This document shows positions 1-8,948 of a DNA stretch of 64,000 bases, piece by piece. Below the pieces are notes generated by a model. That model ran no database searches. It was not told the origin of the DNA and worked only from the letters and a program-made list of their open reading frames with translations. The DNA comes from Anaerotignaceae bacterium (lineage in GTDB: Bacteria; Bacillota; Clostridia; Lachnospirales; Anaerotignaceae): assembly GCA_050251415.1 (NCBI GenBank), contig JBFWMT010000001.1:15358-79357 (forward strand). The letters are read 5' to 3'. Each line of letters opens with the position of its first letter. The stretch's first letter is position 1. The position numbers and the translations under genes are program-made.

Positions 1-611
1 AAACCATATCCATCAATCCACCCACACCGCCCAATGCTCTTTTTTTCAGGTATCCTATAATAATTAATATTTTCTATATCATGAAGATACCGTATTAAGT
101 ATTTTGCATTTTCACTGTTAACGGCTATTCCAGCATTGGCAAGAGATATAATTTTGTTACTGGCCAATGTTTCTTTGTCAGAAATAATGTGCCGCCACGT
201 ACCACCTTTTTTATAGGCAATACGTAGCTTTTCATTATTGGTGTCGATATTAACCAATCTCTGTACAGGCATTATGGGGTGAATGCAGGCTTGCACTTCT
301 CCTAGTTGCCCTAATGCAGTGGAAACACCAAACTCATCACAATACCAACATCCGCTATCAAGTTCTAATTCTTGACCCTCAAAAGCTGTTATATTACCAA
401 CTATCTCGTTGTTGGTGGTTTTCTTTTGTGAAGCACAATATGCCTTAAAAAGCGTCCTAAAGTTGGTTATCTTGCATACCCTTTGCGCATAGTCTGAATA
501 CAGCACCAACATTCTGTTGAGGGTAAATTTGTCCTCTATAAACTTGTATAAATCCTCATATGGCTTATCTGTGCTTAAGAAATCTTCTTTTGTGTATGCA
601 AGTTGTTCCAC
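1..611 (-). CDS. Phage replication-module protein, N-terminal part only (gene runs off the left edge); possibly DUF927-type primase/helicase
   Basis: My own minus-strand translation from GTG 611-609. RBS AGGGGTG lies 7 nt upstream, directly after the stop of the preceding gene. Sequence VEQLAYTKEDFLSTDKPYEDLYKF...RIPEKKSIGRCGWIDGYG is open for all ~203 codons to position 1. It is absent from the ORF track because it has no in-window stop. Confidence 0.45.
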   Translation of the reverse strand, partial: MEQLAYTKEDFLSTDKPYEDLYKFIEDKFTLNRMLVLYSDYAQRVCKITNFRTLFKAYCASQKKTTNNEIVGNITAFEGQELELDSGCWYCDEFGVSTALGQLGEVQACIHPIMPVQRLVNIDTNNEKLRIAYKKGGTWRHIISDKETLASNKIISLANAGIAVNSENAKYLIRYLHDIENINYYRIPEKKSIGRCGWIDGYG

Positions 612-612
612 T

Positions 613-1068
613 TTACTTCACCCCTAATAATTCAGCTATTACCTTGCCAGTGCTGTTTTTATGACAAAAAACGAACTCAATGTTATGCTTGTACTTCCAG
701 CTTGCTAAAATTCTGTACAACGTACGCCCTTCCAATTTTGTGTATGGCGTTCCATCCCTCTTTATGGGACTAACCCAATTATTTATATCTTCTAAGCTAT
801 CCAGTTTTTCTTCTATCAATATGTACATCTTCCCCTTTATGCCATCCAAACGGCATAATTCACGTTTAAAACGCTCGTGCCCTTGGGTTGCATTGTTGGC
901 AAGTTCAAGCACCCCTTGTTTTCTGTCAATCAGCAGTAAACCATTGTCGGCTCTCTGGTAATCCCCTACATATAGCTTGGTAACTGCATATTTAATTCCA
1001 CGTTTGTCAAAATATTCTTTTGTTCTCTTAATTGCCGCAGGCTTCTCCCTGCTATCAATAAATATCAA
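613..1068 (-). CDS. ERCC4/Mus81-type structure-specific nuclease (phage)
   Basis: 151 aa with motifs IDSRE ... VGDYQ ... IDRK, typical of the ERCC4 nuclease domain. Located in the phage recombination module. Confidence 0.6.
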   Translation of the reverse strand: MIFIDSREKPAAIKRTKEYFDKRGIKYAVTKLYVGDYQRADNGLLLIDRKQGVLELANNATQGHERFKRELCRLDGIKGKMYILIEEKLDSLEDINNWVSPIKRDGTPYTKLEGRTLYRILASWKYKHNIEFVFCHKNSTGKVIAELLGVK

Positions 1069-1080
1069 TCTCTCACCGCC

Positions 1081-1506
1081 TTAAAATGGTAAATCTTCAT
1101 CTTCTGGGCTTTCTTCTATGGGATAAAACCCTTCGTTCTCGCCTTTAGATGGAGCAGTTCCGCCCGCTTCGCCCTTCCCTTTTCCCTTGTAATCCCAATC
1201 AAAGGAATTAACCTTAATTTGCCACCCATCCCTGTTGTTGCCGTCTTTATCAACATACTTGTTATTCTGCATTTCCCCTTGAACGCTGATGCCATCCCCC
1301 TTGTGGAAGAATTTATCAATCATTTCCCCCTGCTTGCCAAAGGAAACGCAATTAAAGAAGTCTGCAACATAGTTTCCGTCCTTGTCCTTAAAGGCTCTGT
1401 TCACCGCAACAGAAAACTTGCATACCGATTTATCCCCATTGTAAAAATTTATTTCAGTGTCCCTGGCAAGCCTCCCATGTATAATTATGCAGTTCAGTTC
1501 AATCAC
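1081..1506 (-). CDS. ssb: Single-stranded DNA-binding protein (phage SSB)
   Basis: OB-fold N-terminus (IIHGRLARDTE...), Gly-rich linker and an acidic C-terminal tail ending DEDLPF. Confidence 0.85.
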   Translation of the reverse strand: MIELNCIIIHGRLARDTEINFYNGDKSVCKFSVAVNRAFKDKDGNYVADFFNCVSFGKQGEMIDKFFHKGDGISVQGEMQNNKYVDKDGNNRDGWQIKVNSFDWDYKGKGKGEAGGTAPSKGENEGFYPIEESPEDEDLPF

Positions 1507-2267
1507 TCCATTTCATAAATCAATTCCCTTAAATCAACAACTTGGCTCAATACCTTGGTTGCCTTGCAGTAGTCACAATGACCACAGCGTGTAGGCTCTA
1601 TTAACCCTTTTTTTATGTCCGCATAATGTTTTAATCTGCTTTTAAAATATTTAAGCCTTTCGTCCATAAATTCCTGAGGAACTTTGTACAACGCAATATC
1701 TGGAACAGTTTCTTTTGTAACTCCTGCAATAATAAATGGTTTGTCGCTACCCTCAATTGCCTGATATACCGCACCCTGTAGGTCATAACCCCATGCCTCT
1801 GCAAAGGTAAGCAACTGCTTGTCCTTCCACATAGGTTTAAAGTCTTTCATAACCTTTAAATCCACTATCATTTTAGGGTGCAGTACATCAATTTTTATCT
1901 TTACCGGTATGCCATCAATTTCTCCTGTGCGGATAACCTGCTTATCTCCATCCATAAACCGCATAAAAAACTTGTCTCTTTCAACCCTTGCTATTATTTC
2001 ATCAGCCTGTTTGTATGGGGCTTTCAGTTCTCCTTTTTGAGTAAAAATATCAGCATTTTCAGCCTTAAATAGGTCTAGGCTACCTTCAAAGTAAGCATCT
2101 ACATAGCTACCAACAAGTAAAGCCGTTGTTTTTGGTTGTTGCCATTCGCCTTTTATCTCTGCTAATGCTGCCGCTTCACACTGCTCAAAGGCTTTAAATT
2201 GAGATACTCCCATATATTCCATTTGTGCCTGTAAAGAAAAATAATTATTCCTGTTCAGTTCCATCAT
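1503..2267 (-). CDS. PD-(D/E)XK (RecB/Cas4-like) phage exonuclease with C-terminal Cys cluster
   Basis: 254 aa. Has a D..DLK-type nuclease core (IDVLHPKMIVDLKV), C-terminal CGHCDYC plus an N-terminal Cys (QCEAA). Sits directly downstream of the recombinase gene. Start trimmed to ATG 2267. Confidence 0.6.
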   Translation of the reverse strand: MMELNRNNYFSLQAQMEYMGVSQFKAFEQCEAAALAEIKGEWQQPKTTALLVGSYVDAYFEGSLDLFKAENADIFTQKGELKAPYKQADEIIARVERDKFFMRFMDGDKQVIRTGEIDGIPVKIKIDVLHPKMIVDLKVMKDFKPMWKDKQLLTFAEAWGYDLQGAVYQAIEGSDKPFIIAGVTKETVPDIALYKVPQEFMDERLKYFKSRLKHYADIKKGLIEPTRCGHCDYCKATKVLSQVVDLRELIYEME

Positions 2268-3048
2268 CGTCACCACCCAGTAATTCCTCTGGATTAATTT
2301 CTTCTTTCATTTTGAAGTAATCCTCACGCTTACTTGAACCTTCTTTAATGGCATTGAATACGCCTCTAAGAGTGTTCAAGTCATTTACGTCAAAGTTTTC
2401 AGCGGAGTATCCAATATAGCCCTCAATCATCTTTCGGCTAACCTTGTAATCTTTGTCAAAAGCCTTAAGCATATTTTTAACGCTGTCCTCAAGGTTTTTC
2501 CCTTCACCCTTTTTAATGGTTTCATTGCATACACTTAAAGCCTTGTCTACAATGTCAGCAGGTATAACACCCAAAATACAAGCCCTTACACGTCTTGCCC
2601 CCATATTGGCAGTTATCTCGTAAATATCACGATTATCTGTCAATTCAACTTTTCCGTTTCTTGTATCTCTTTCGTGCTTTACACTAAATATCATTGACCG
2701 CCTTACATTGGTTTCCAAGTCCCAGGCGTAGGCCATCATTTCCGAAAGTCCATCACTGTTGTTTAACTCAATAACCCCATAGTCAATATTTCCCCAGCAC
2801 TGTGCAACGGCTTCTGCAAGCCTTATTGACGGGCCACTCACCTTCTGACCACCTTTGGGATATGTATAACTAGCACCTTTTGCAAGGCTTTCCCTGCCAC
2901 ACATTTTTTCTATTCGTATAGTGGCATCCATAACATCCCTTGGAAATTGCTTTGCCATAAAAATAGCACCCTGCACCTCTTGTGCCTGTCTGGATACAAC
3001 ACTGTTAACAGCTAATCCGTTTTTTGCATTAATAATTTCATTACCCAT
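2245..3048 (-). CDS. Phage single-strand annealing recombinase (RecT/Red-beta-like)
   Basis: 267 aa. Conserved-looking block GPSIRLAEAVAQCWGNIDYG. Synteny with exonuclease + SSB. The family assignment is from memory, not from a search. Confidence 0.55.
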   Translation of the reverse strand: MGNEIINAKNGLAVNSVVSRQAQEVQGAIFMAKQFPRDVMDATIRIEKMCGRESLAKGASYTYPKGGQKVSGPSIRLAEAVAQCWGNIDYGVIELNNSDGLSEMMAYAWDLETNVRRSMIFSVKHERDTRNGKVELTDNRDIYEITANMGARRVRACILGVIPADIVDKALSVCNETIKKGEGKNLEDSVKNMLKAFDKDYKVSRKMIEGYIGYSAENFDVNDLNTLRGVFNAIKEGSSKREDYFKMKEEINPEELLGGDDDGTEQE

Positions 3049-3273
3049 TTAACTCGCCCTCGCAATCTCTTTTTTTAAATCAAGTATCTCCAGCAATCTA
3101 CTAAAACCCATATCCTCCACACAGTCTGCATGGTAATAATCTCCGTCAATTTCAATTAATTCCTCGCCCTCACAAATGCCCAAACCACACTCTGCACATA
3201 TGTAAACTTCCTTTGGTGGCTCTGCATTAGGGCAACGGCAATCACAAGGATTTTGCCTACACTCCATACACAT
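3049..3273 (-). CDS. Small Cys-rich (zinc-ribbon-like) phage protein
   Basis: 74 aa with CxxxxxCxC, CxxC and C..C pairs. Start abuts the next gene. Confidence 0.5.
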   Translation of the reverse strand: MCMECRQNPCDCRCPNAEPPKEVYICAECGLGICEGEELIEIDGDYYHADCVEDMGFSRLLEILDLKKEIARAS

Positions 3274-3276
3274 TTC

Positions 3277-3492
3277 TCAACACTCCTTTGCATCTATTTT
3301 TAATGGCTCCGAAAGGTCTGTTATAGTAATTTCAACTTTTCCAGCAAATTGTTTCGATTGATAATTTTCCTTTTCCATACCAAAGGATTTTGTGAACCTT
3401 TCCAGTAAATTTACGTTATCAACCTCTATATCTCCGTATGAATTCATCACAACATTACCTGTAACTGTTAAAGTATATTTTTTCATTTGCAT
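3277..3492 (-). CDS. Hypothetical phage protein
   Basis: 71-aa ORF with RBS AGGAGG (aggaggaaatgcaaatg), packed in the operon. Confidence 0.5.
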   Translation of the reverse strand: MQMKKYTLTVTGNVVMNSYGDIEVDNVNLLERFTKSFGMEKENYQSKQFAGKVEITITDLSEPLKIDAKEC

Positions 3493-3570
3493 TTCCTCCT
3501 AATTTGTGATATTTTCTAATTGAATATTTTTTCTTTGCCGCCCACGGAATGCCAGTTCCTAAGCGGCTTT

Positions 3571-4047
3571 TTATTTGGTTAATGCTTGTTCAGCTTCTTC
3601 CTTGGTGAGGAATACAGTTTTGCCGAATTCATCAGCGTCAAGCCATATATTGTAAAAAATAGGACTATCTTTGAAATAAATATGGTCTTTATTGCAGAAC
3701 ATATCTCTGCTGAAGTCAGAAATCATCCCTTTAACAACCTTGGTCATTCCGTTCACAAGGGTTACAGTGCGATACACCGTATCCCCAACCTTGAATGGCA
3801 ACTCAACTAACCGCCCTTGCAGTTTTAATTCCGCTAGGTGCATAATTTCATCTGGCTCAAGCTCTGTGTCCTCGTATTCGGCAAGCTTTGTACTTATATC
3901 TAATAGAACTCCGCTTTCCGCTCCATTCCCACACTCTGAACGCTTAGCCAAATCTAAAATATTGTACATTCCTTCGGGGTCGTTCGGATTTACAAAACTA
4001 ATCTCTTCAAGACCTAAATTATCATTTCTAATTGTTAACCGTTCCAT
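3571..4047 (-). CDS. Hypothetical phage protein
   Basis: Start moved to ATG 4047, which overlaps the upstream stop as TGATG (translational coupling). 158 aa. Confidence 0.5.
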   Translation of the reverse strand: MERLTIRNDNLGLEEISFVNPNDPEGMYNILDLAKRSECGNGAESGVLLDISTKLAEYEDTELEPDEIMHLAELKLQGRLVELPFKVGDTVYRTVTLVNGMTKVVKGMISDFSRDMFCNKDHIYFKDSPIFYNIWLDADEFGKTVFLTKEEAEQALTK

Positions 4048-4226
4048 CAAATCACCGTCATCCCTTCTAACTCTTTTAATAACCGATTTCTTTCGATTAG
4101 CCACTCTATGGGAATATCCCAATCCGTTCCAATTCTTGCCGATATAGCTATTTCCAACGCTTTAAACCGTTCTTCTTTCCAAAACTTTTCTTGCATGATA
4201 CCTAAAGGCGGCTTACCATGTCCCAT
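4047..4226 (-). CDS. Hypothetical small phage protein
   Basis: Start moved to ATG 4226, preceded by AGGAGGGG. 59 aa. Confidence 0.45.
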   Translation of the reverse strand: MGHGKPPLGIMQEKFWKEERFKALEIAISARIGTDWDIPIEWLIERNRLLKELEGMTVI

Positions 4227-4237
4227 CGGATCCCCTC

Positions 4238-4639
4238 CTAACTCACAAAAACCGCTATGATAAAACACACCACTATTGCAAAAAGCAATTTTATGTAACC
4301 CTCAAGCCATTTCCGCATATCCCTGTTGTATTGTCTTTCTTTGCGAAGTTTGCTTGATAAATCCCACATGTTGGTTTCCGTTGTTGACATTCTCAACATT
4401 AAGGTTAATATATCTCGATGTGTATCACCTAAATCACCAACCAATTCTGCTACAGCCTGTCCTGTCTGTTTCTGGACTTTTCTGATTGCAATGTTATCTT
4501 CGTCAATGGTTTCTGCCATATCCCTGCATATCCTTACGTCCTCGCTTATTCCCATCATTTTACGTGACATTGTTTTAAATCGGTCGGAACTAAATTCCTT
4601 TTGTATTCTGTGTCCCATTATTTCCCTCCCTGTCAACAT
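4238..4639 (-). CDS. Hypothetical phage protein with C-terminal transmembrane anchor
   Basis: 133 aa with a hydrophobic tail LLFAIVVCFIIAVFV. Confidence 0.45.
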   Translation of the reverse strand: MLTGREIMGHRIQKEFSSDRFKTMSRKMMGISEDVRICRDMAETIDEDNIAIRKVQKQTGQAVAELVGDLGDTHRDILTLMLRMSTTETNMWDLSSKLRKERQYNRDMRKWLEGYIKLLFAIVVCFIIAVFVS

Positions 4640-4654
4640 CTAATTTAATTCACC

Positions 4655-5095
4655 TCATGAAAGTGTTGCATATCTTTCAGCACGTTCCTCTTCTTCAAGT
4701 TTTTCCAAATACGTTCTGTTGTCCTTAACCACACCATTCATTTCATTAAGTTCATCTTGCAATTCTTTGACTGTACCTTTCCACCTGTCTCTGATGTCTT
4801 TGAGGTTCTTTCGGTGCTGTTCAATTAGAGAAAGTTGTTTCTTTCGTTCTTCCATATCCGCTATAAAATCACGGCCCTCATCATATTCAGCAAGCGTTAT
4901 CGCCCCATATCCGTACAGGTCTTGCAACTCCTCAACAGTGGCACAGCCGTGATAGCTTTCATTTCTAATTTTCTCTAAACGATCCTCTGAAGCTTTCAAA
5001 GCTGACTTTGCATATTTTTTATACAGCCGGTCTATATCGGTTGCCATCATCTTGGCAAGCTCGATGCCCTGCTCTATATCTTGCTTTGCTGTCAT
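4655..5095 (-). CDS. Hypothetical coiled-coil phage protein
   Basis: 146 aa, highly charged heptad-like sequence. Confidence 0.45.
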   Translation of the reverse strand: MTAKQDIEQGIELAKMMATDIDRLYKKYAKSALKASEDRLEKIRNESYHGCATVEELQDLYGYGAITLAEYDEGRDFIADMEERKKQLSLIEQHRKNLKDIRDRWKGTVKELQDELNEMNGVVKDNRTYLEKLEEEERAERYATLS

Positions 5096-5182
5096 TTATT
5101 TCCCTCCCTCACTTCACCAACCCCGACATAACGGCAATAATGGCTAGAATGCCTATACCTCTGTAGGGGATTAGAAATCTTT

Positions 5183-5428
5183 TCATTCGTTAGCCCCCTT
5201 TAACAATTCAGTTAATGGTATATGTAGCACCTTCGATACTCTTCTTAACTCCCCTAACGTGAAATTTTCTGGCTTTTTCATACGGTCACTGAATGTTGGC
5301 CTGCAAATATGCACACCCGCTGACAGCTTTGTATCATTAAGGTTGTACTCAGCTTTTCCATGGCGAATTCTTTTAACAAGTGCCTCATTATCGGCTGTGT
5401 ACTCCCCTAAGGGTTTTACCTTTGGCAT
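5183..5428 (-). CDS. Small phage DNA-binding (HTH-like) protein
   Basis: 81 aa. FTLGELRRVSKVLHIPLTELL resembles an HTH recognition region. Second gene of the early operon. Confidence 0.4.
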   Translation of the reverse strand: MPKVKPLGEYTADNEALVKRIRHGKAEYNLNDTKLSAGVHICRPTFSDRMKKPENFTLGELRRVSKVLHIPLTELLKGANE

Positions 5429-5611
5429 ATTTAATTCCTCCTTTATTAAAGAACTTTATAAGTAATTTCATGACCTGGATTTTCAACAATTAACTTTTTC
5501 TTTAGTTCAGAAACCATCATGTTATTGTCTAGTGCTGCCTGAATAACCTCAACGAGTTTCTTTCCATCAAGATACGCCTAAATTTTTTTCTGCTTCATTT
5601 GATTTCACTCC

Positions 5612-5791
5612 TTATGTATTAACAACTCTATTTTCCTCGCAAAACTGCTTTAAATCCTCATCGCTAATGCGTACGGTTTTCGTTCCTCCAATTTTAATAG
5701 CGCCTAGCTTTCCTTTCCTCACCCAGTCACTTACAGTACACTCAGCTACTTTCAAAATACTTGCCACTTCTGCAACAGTATAAAACTTCAT
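5612..5791 (-). CDS. Excisionase-family/MerR-like HTH protein in the Cro position (first early gene)
   Basis: 59-aa ORF below the ORF-track cutoff; my own translation is MKFYTVAEVASILKVAECTVSDWVRKGKLGAIKIGGTKTVRISDEDLKQFCEENRVVNT. Divergent from the CI-like repressor. Confidence 0.65.
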   Translation of the reverse strand: MKFYTVAEVASILKVAECTVSDWVRKGKLGAIKIGGTKTVRISDEDLKQFCEENRVVNT

Positions 5792-5926
5792 AAATTCACC
5801 CCGTTTTCTTGTTGTTTTTTTGTTTTTGTATTGATTTCTTCTGTTTTCCGTGGTATTCTTGATTTACGAGAGAAAAAATAACACGGTTTTACAATTACCC
5901 TACTATGTTTTTGACTAGATTTTCTT

Positions 5927-5945
5927 GCTATAGTTGTATTATAGC
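5927..5945. promoter_or_regulatory. Candidate repressor operator (palindrome GCTATA-N7-TATAGC)
   Basis: Perfect 6-bp arms overlap the -10 of the early promoter. It is flanked by direct repeats TAGATTTT..GCTA at 5916-5930 and 5967-5978. Confidence 0.4.
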
Positions 5946-5965
5946 ATGGTTTTGTTGCTAGTCAA
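5938..5965 (-). promoter_or_regulatory. Putative early (lytic) promoter
   Basis: On the minus strand: -35 TTGACT (5965-5960), 16-nt spacer, -10 TATAAT (5943-5938). Confidence 0.5.
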
Positions 5966-6017
5966 TAGATTTTAGCTAGGTTTTATTGTTATTCTTATAT
6001 TTTGTGAGGTATAGACA

Positions 6018-6662
6018 ATGGATACTAGAGAAAAGATATTGAAACTTATGGAAAATAACCAAATGACAAAGTATAAACTTGCTAAAGAAATTGGAATAAG
6101 CAATGGGATAGTAAGTGATTGGGCTAATGGCAAAAGCTCATCCTATACAAAATACATTGGAGCTATTGCCAGAATATTCAATGTATCTGTAGATTATCTG
6201 TTGGGTACTAGCGAAACAAATGACTCCCATAAACTGCCTAAGGGTGCAATCCCCGTTGATATATCATCTTTTGTTAAAATACCTATTATTGGCTCAATAC
6301 GTTGCGGAGAACCCCTATTTGAAGAAAGCAATATCGAAGGATACGAATATGTGTCCGTTGATGATTTGTGCAAAGGTGAAACTTATTTTTATCTTAGGGC
6401 AAAAGGCGACAGTATGATAAATGCAGGTATTAACCAGGGTGATTTATTGCTGATTCGGGCGCAGTCTGATGTGGATAATGGAGATATAGCAGTAGTTAAT
6501 GTAAATGGGGACGAAGAAACCCTTAAAAGAGTTATAAAAAAAGATAAGGCTATTATTTTACAGCCAGAAAACACAGCTTATGAAACCAAGATATTTATAG
6601 GAAAAGAATTGAGCCTCTTGCACATACAAGGTAGGTTAATGCAAGTTGTAAAGAAATATTAA
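6018..6662 (+). CDS. CI/LexA-like phage repressor (XRE HTH + S24 peptidase domain)
   Basis: N-terminal HTH (MTKYKLAKEIGISNGIVSDWANG). C-terminal S24 signature (GDSM ... TLKRV, i.e. a Ser/Lys dyad). Confidence 0.85.
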   Translation: MDTREKILKLMENNQMTKYKLAKEIGISNGIVSDWANGKSSSYTKYIGAIARIFNVSVDYLLGTSETNDSHKLPKGAIPVDISSFVKIPIIGSIRCGEPLFEESNIEGYEYVSVDDLCKGETYFYLRAKGDSMINAGINQGDLLLIRAQSDVDNGDIAVVNVNGDEETLKRVIKKDKAIILQPENTAYETKIFIGKELSLLHIQGRLMQVVKKY

Positions 6663-6715
6663 AATAAAAAACACCTCAATATTGAATTGTAAATAGATTA
6701 TAAGGAGGACTTTTA

Positions 6716-6946
6716 ATGGAAATGTCAACTAAAGCTAAAGAAAGAAATGAAGCTTTCTTTTCTCTTGATAAGAATAAAATTGAAGCTTACTTAAAGAAAT
6801 ATAATATTCCACGCCCCCAAAATGAACTTGTTTTTTGGGCAGGCATATATAAAGCGATACTTGTTATACCGAGCGCTCCTGATGACTTAGTTCTTAAATC
6901 TAAATGGTGGCTTAAACAGCATAATTTTAAAGAAGGTATTTTCTAA
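6716..6946 (+). CDS. Hypothetical protein in lysogeny/moron region
   Basis: 76-aa ORF with RBS AAGGAGG. Confidence 0.45.
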   Translation: MEMSTKAKERNEAFFSLDKNKIEAYLKKYNIPRPQNELVFWAGIYKAILVIPSAPDDLVLKSKWWLKQHNFKEGIF

Positions 6947-7071
6947 ATAAAAAACCACCCCAATACAGCGAATATTGGAATGGCTAAGTAAGAATTAACG
7001 CCGAGGTGCGAAAACCCTTAATTACATTATAGCATTATGTTAAATAATGTCAAATTAAGGGAGGATTTATT

Positions 7072-7710
7072 ATGAAAAAGTATCTAAAAGTTTTACTATC
7101 TATTTTTGTTTGCTTAATGCTTGCAACTACATCCTTTGCACACAGTGGGCGTACAGATAGTTCTGGCGGGCACAAGGACAATAAAAATGTAAGCGGTTTA
7201 GGATCTTATCATTATCACCATGGATATGGCCCACATCTTCATCCTAATGGAGTTTGCCCATACACAACTAATACCACTAGTTCAACCAACAGTAACAGTA
7301 AAACATCTAATAATACAAAAGTCATAAGCTCAAATGCTACTTCTTTCACAGATATAAGCGCCTACATAAACAGTAATTTTATACCATCCGTAAACTACAA
7401 AGATTATACATACATTGTTGCTGAAGACCTATCCAATTATGGATTTGACGTTGTGTGGAATGGAGACGAAAGAACCTTAAAGATTAAAAGAAATAATTTA
7501 AAAGATATAAAATCAGTTTCATCATCAAATTTGGATGAAACATATGATATCGAAACCTCTGACATAAAAACATATATTTATGATACAACATCGCAGTCAT
7601 ATAAACTCATTAATTCATATAATATTGGCGGAAAAACTATCATAAAATTTGCAGACATTGGGCAGACAACATGGAATAACCAGGCAAGGTCTACGACTAT
7701 ATTAATTTAA
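7072..7710 (+). CDS. Secreted YHYH-motif protein (moron)
   Basis: Signal peptide, then HSGRTDSSGGHKD...YHYHHGYGPHLH (YHYH domain), a Ser/Thr/Asn linker and a C-terminal domain. Confidence 0.6.
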   Translation: MKKYLKVLLSIFVCLMLATTSFAHSGRTDSSGGHKDNKNVSGLGSYHYHHGYGPHLHPNGVCPYTTNTTSSTNSNSKTSNNTKVISSNATSFTDISAYINSNFIPSVNYKDYTYIVAEDLSNYGFDVVWNGDERTLKIKRNNLKDIKSVSSSNLDETYDIETSDIKTYIYDTTSQSYKLINSYNIGGKTIIKFADIGQTTWNNQARSTTILI

Positions 7711-7877
7711 TATATATCAGGATTTAGGTCATTATAAAATAAAAAGCCCCTCCTGCGCTAACAGGAAGGACTTAATATATAGCGGTCATACAAAGTATAA
7801 CACGCTCCAAGCAAGCAAATTATACCATACGACCGCCTTTATTTCTATACCCAAAATAAAAAGGAGGTCATTTTTTT

Positions 7878-8945
7878 ATGGCAAAAGCAAAGAAGTTACC
7901 ATCAGGAGCATGGCGAACATTAGTATATGATTATACTGATGCGCAAAAGAAAAGGCATTATGAATCCTTTACAGCAGAAACAGCTAAGGAAGCAAATTAT
8001 CTTGCAGCCGAATACGCACTTAAAAAGAAATCAAAATCTAAACCAGCAAATATGACTGTGGCTGAAGCAATTGATAATTACATCGAAATAAAGGAAAATG
8101 TTCTTTCGCCATCAACAATTGCCAGCTATAAAAAAATCAAGCGTAACAATCTTCAATCTTTACTCAACATAAAACTTTCAAAGCTTACACAAGAAGATGT
8201 TCAACGTGAGATTAATACTGAGGCAAAAACCTTATCACCCAAAACAGTAACCTGTACCCACGGTCTTTTATCTGCCGTCCTAAAAGAGTTTTACCCTGAT
8301 TTTGTCCTTAGAACAAAGCTACCTCAAAAAGAAAAATATATGCCATCAATACCTTCTACAGAAGATATTGAAAAAATTATGGCTTGTATAGTTGGTGAGG
8401 AAATAGAATTACCCGTACTATTGGCTTTGTGGCTGGGATTGAGAATGTCTGAAATAAGAGGACTAAAATGGGAAAATGTAAAAGACGATTATATATTGAT
8501 AAAAGAAGCAATAGTTGATGCCGATAATATTGCTGTGCTTAAAGGTACAAAATCGTTTGCTGGCACACGTAAAATAATGTTGCCTGGATATATCAAAACT
8601 CTAATTGACCAGCAACCAAAAAATACCGAATTCGTTGTGCCCTTAACTGGCCAAACAATATACAAAAGATTTATACGAATGCTTGAAAAAAACGGAATAC
8701 CTCATTGCCGTTTCCACGACCTTAGGCACGCAAATGCAAGTGTAATGCTACGCTTAAATGTTCCCGATAAATACGCAATGGAAAGATTGGGCCATGCTCA
8801 AAACTCTACTTTAAAAATGATTTATCAGCACACAATGGTAGATGAATCACAAAAGGTAAGCGATTCAGTTAATGAATACTTTGAAAAAATGCAACACGAA
8901 ATGCAACACGGCAATAAAAAAAGCCTTGAAAATCAAGGCTTTTAG
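7878..8945 (+). CDS. int: Tyrosine recombinase, phage integrase
   Basis: 355 aa with an N-terminal SAM-like domain. Catalytic residues are visible: R (LGLRMSE), HDLRH and a C-terminal Y (LKMIYQH). Confidence 0.9.
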   Translation: MAKAKKLPSGAWRTLVYDYTDAQKKRHYESFTAETAKEANYLAAEYALKKKSKSKPANMTVAEAIDNYIEIKENVLSPSTIASYKKIKRNNLQSLLNIKLSKLTQEDVQREINTEAKTLSPKTVTCTHGLLSAVLKEFYPDFVLRTKLPQKEKYMPSIPSTEDIEKIMACIVGEEIELPVLLALWLGLRMSEIRGLKWENVKDDYILIKEAIVDADNIAVLKGTKSFAGTRKIMLPGYIKTLIDQQPKNTEFVVPLTGQTIYKRFIRMLEKNGIPHCRFHDLRHANASVMLRLNVPDKYAMERLGHAQNSTLKMIYQHTMVDESQKVSDSVNEYFEKMQHEMQHGNKKSLENQGF

Positions 8946-8948
8946 GTA

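Larger units (their letters stand above)
1..8948. mobile_element. Right-hand part of a temperate prophage (replication/recombination module, lysogeny switch, morons, integrase) inserted at the 3' end of the tmRNA gene; left end is outside the window
   Basis: Contiguous phage-type gene set. The tyrosine integrase stop codon (8943-8945) lies 3 nt from the tmRNA acceptor 3' end (8949). A divergent CI-like repressor faces the early operon. Confidence 0.8.

Noticed and set aside
5446-5598. Small minus-strand frame MKQKKI*AYLDGKKLVEVIQAALDNNMMVSELKKKLIVENPGHEITYKVL with an in-frame TAG after an A7 run.
   Set aside because: It could be a decayed small phage gene or an amber read-through. It has no recognisable motif or RBS support, and it is too short to interpret from sequence alone.
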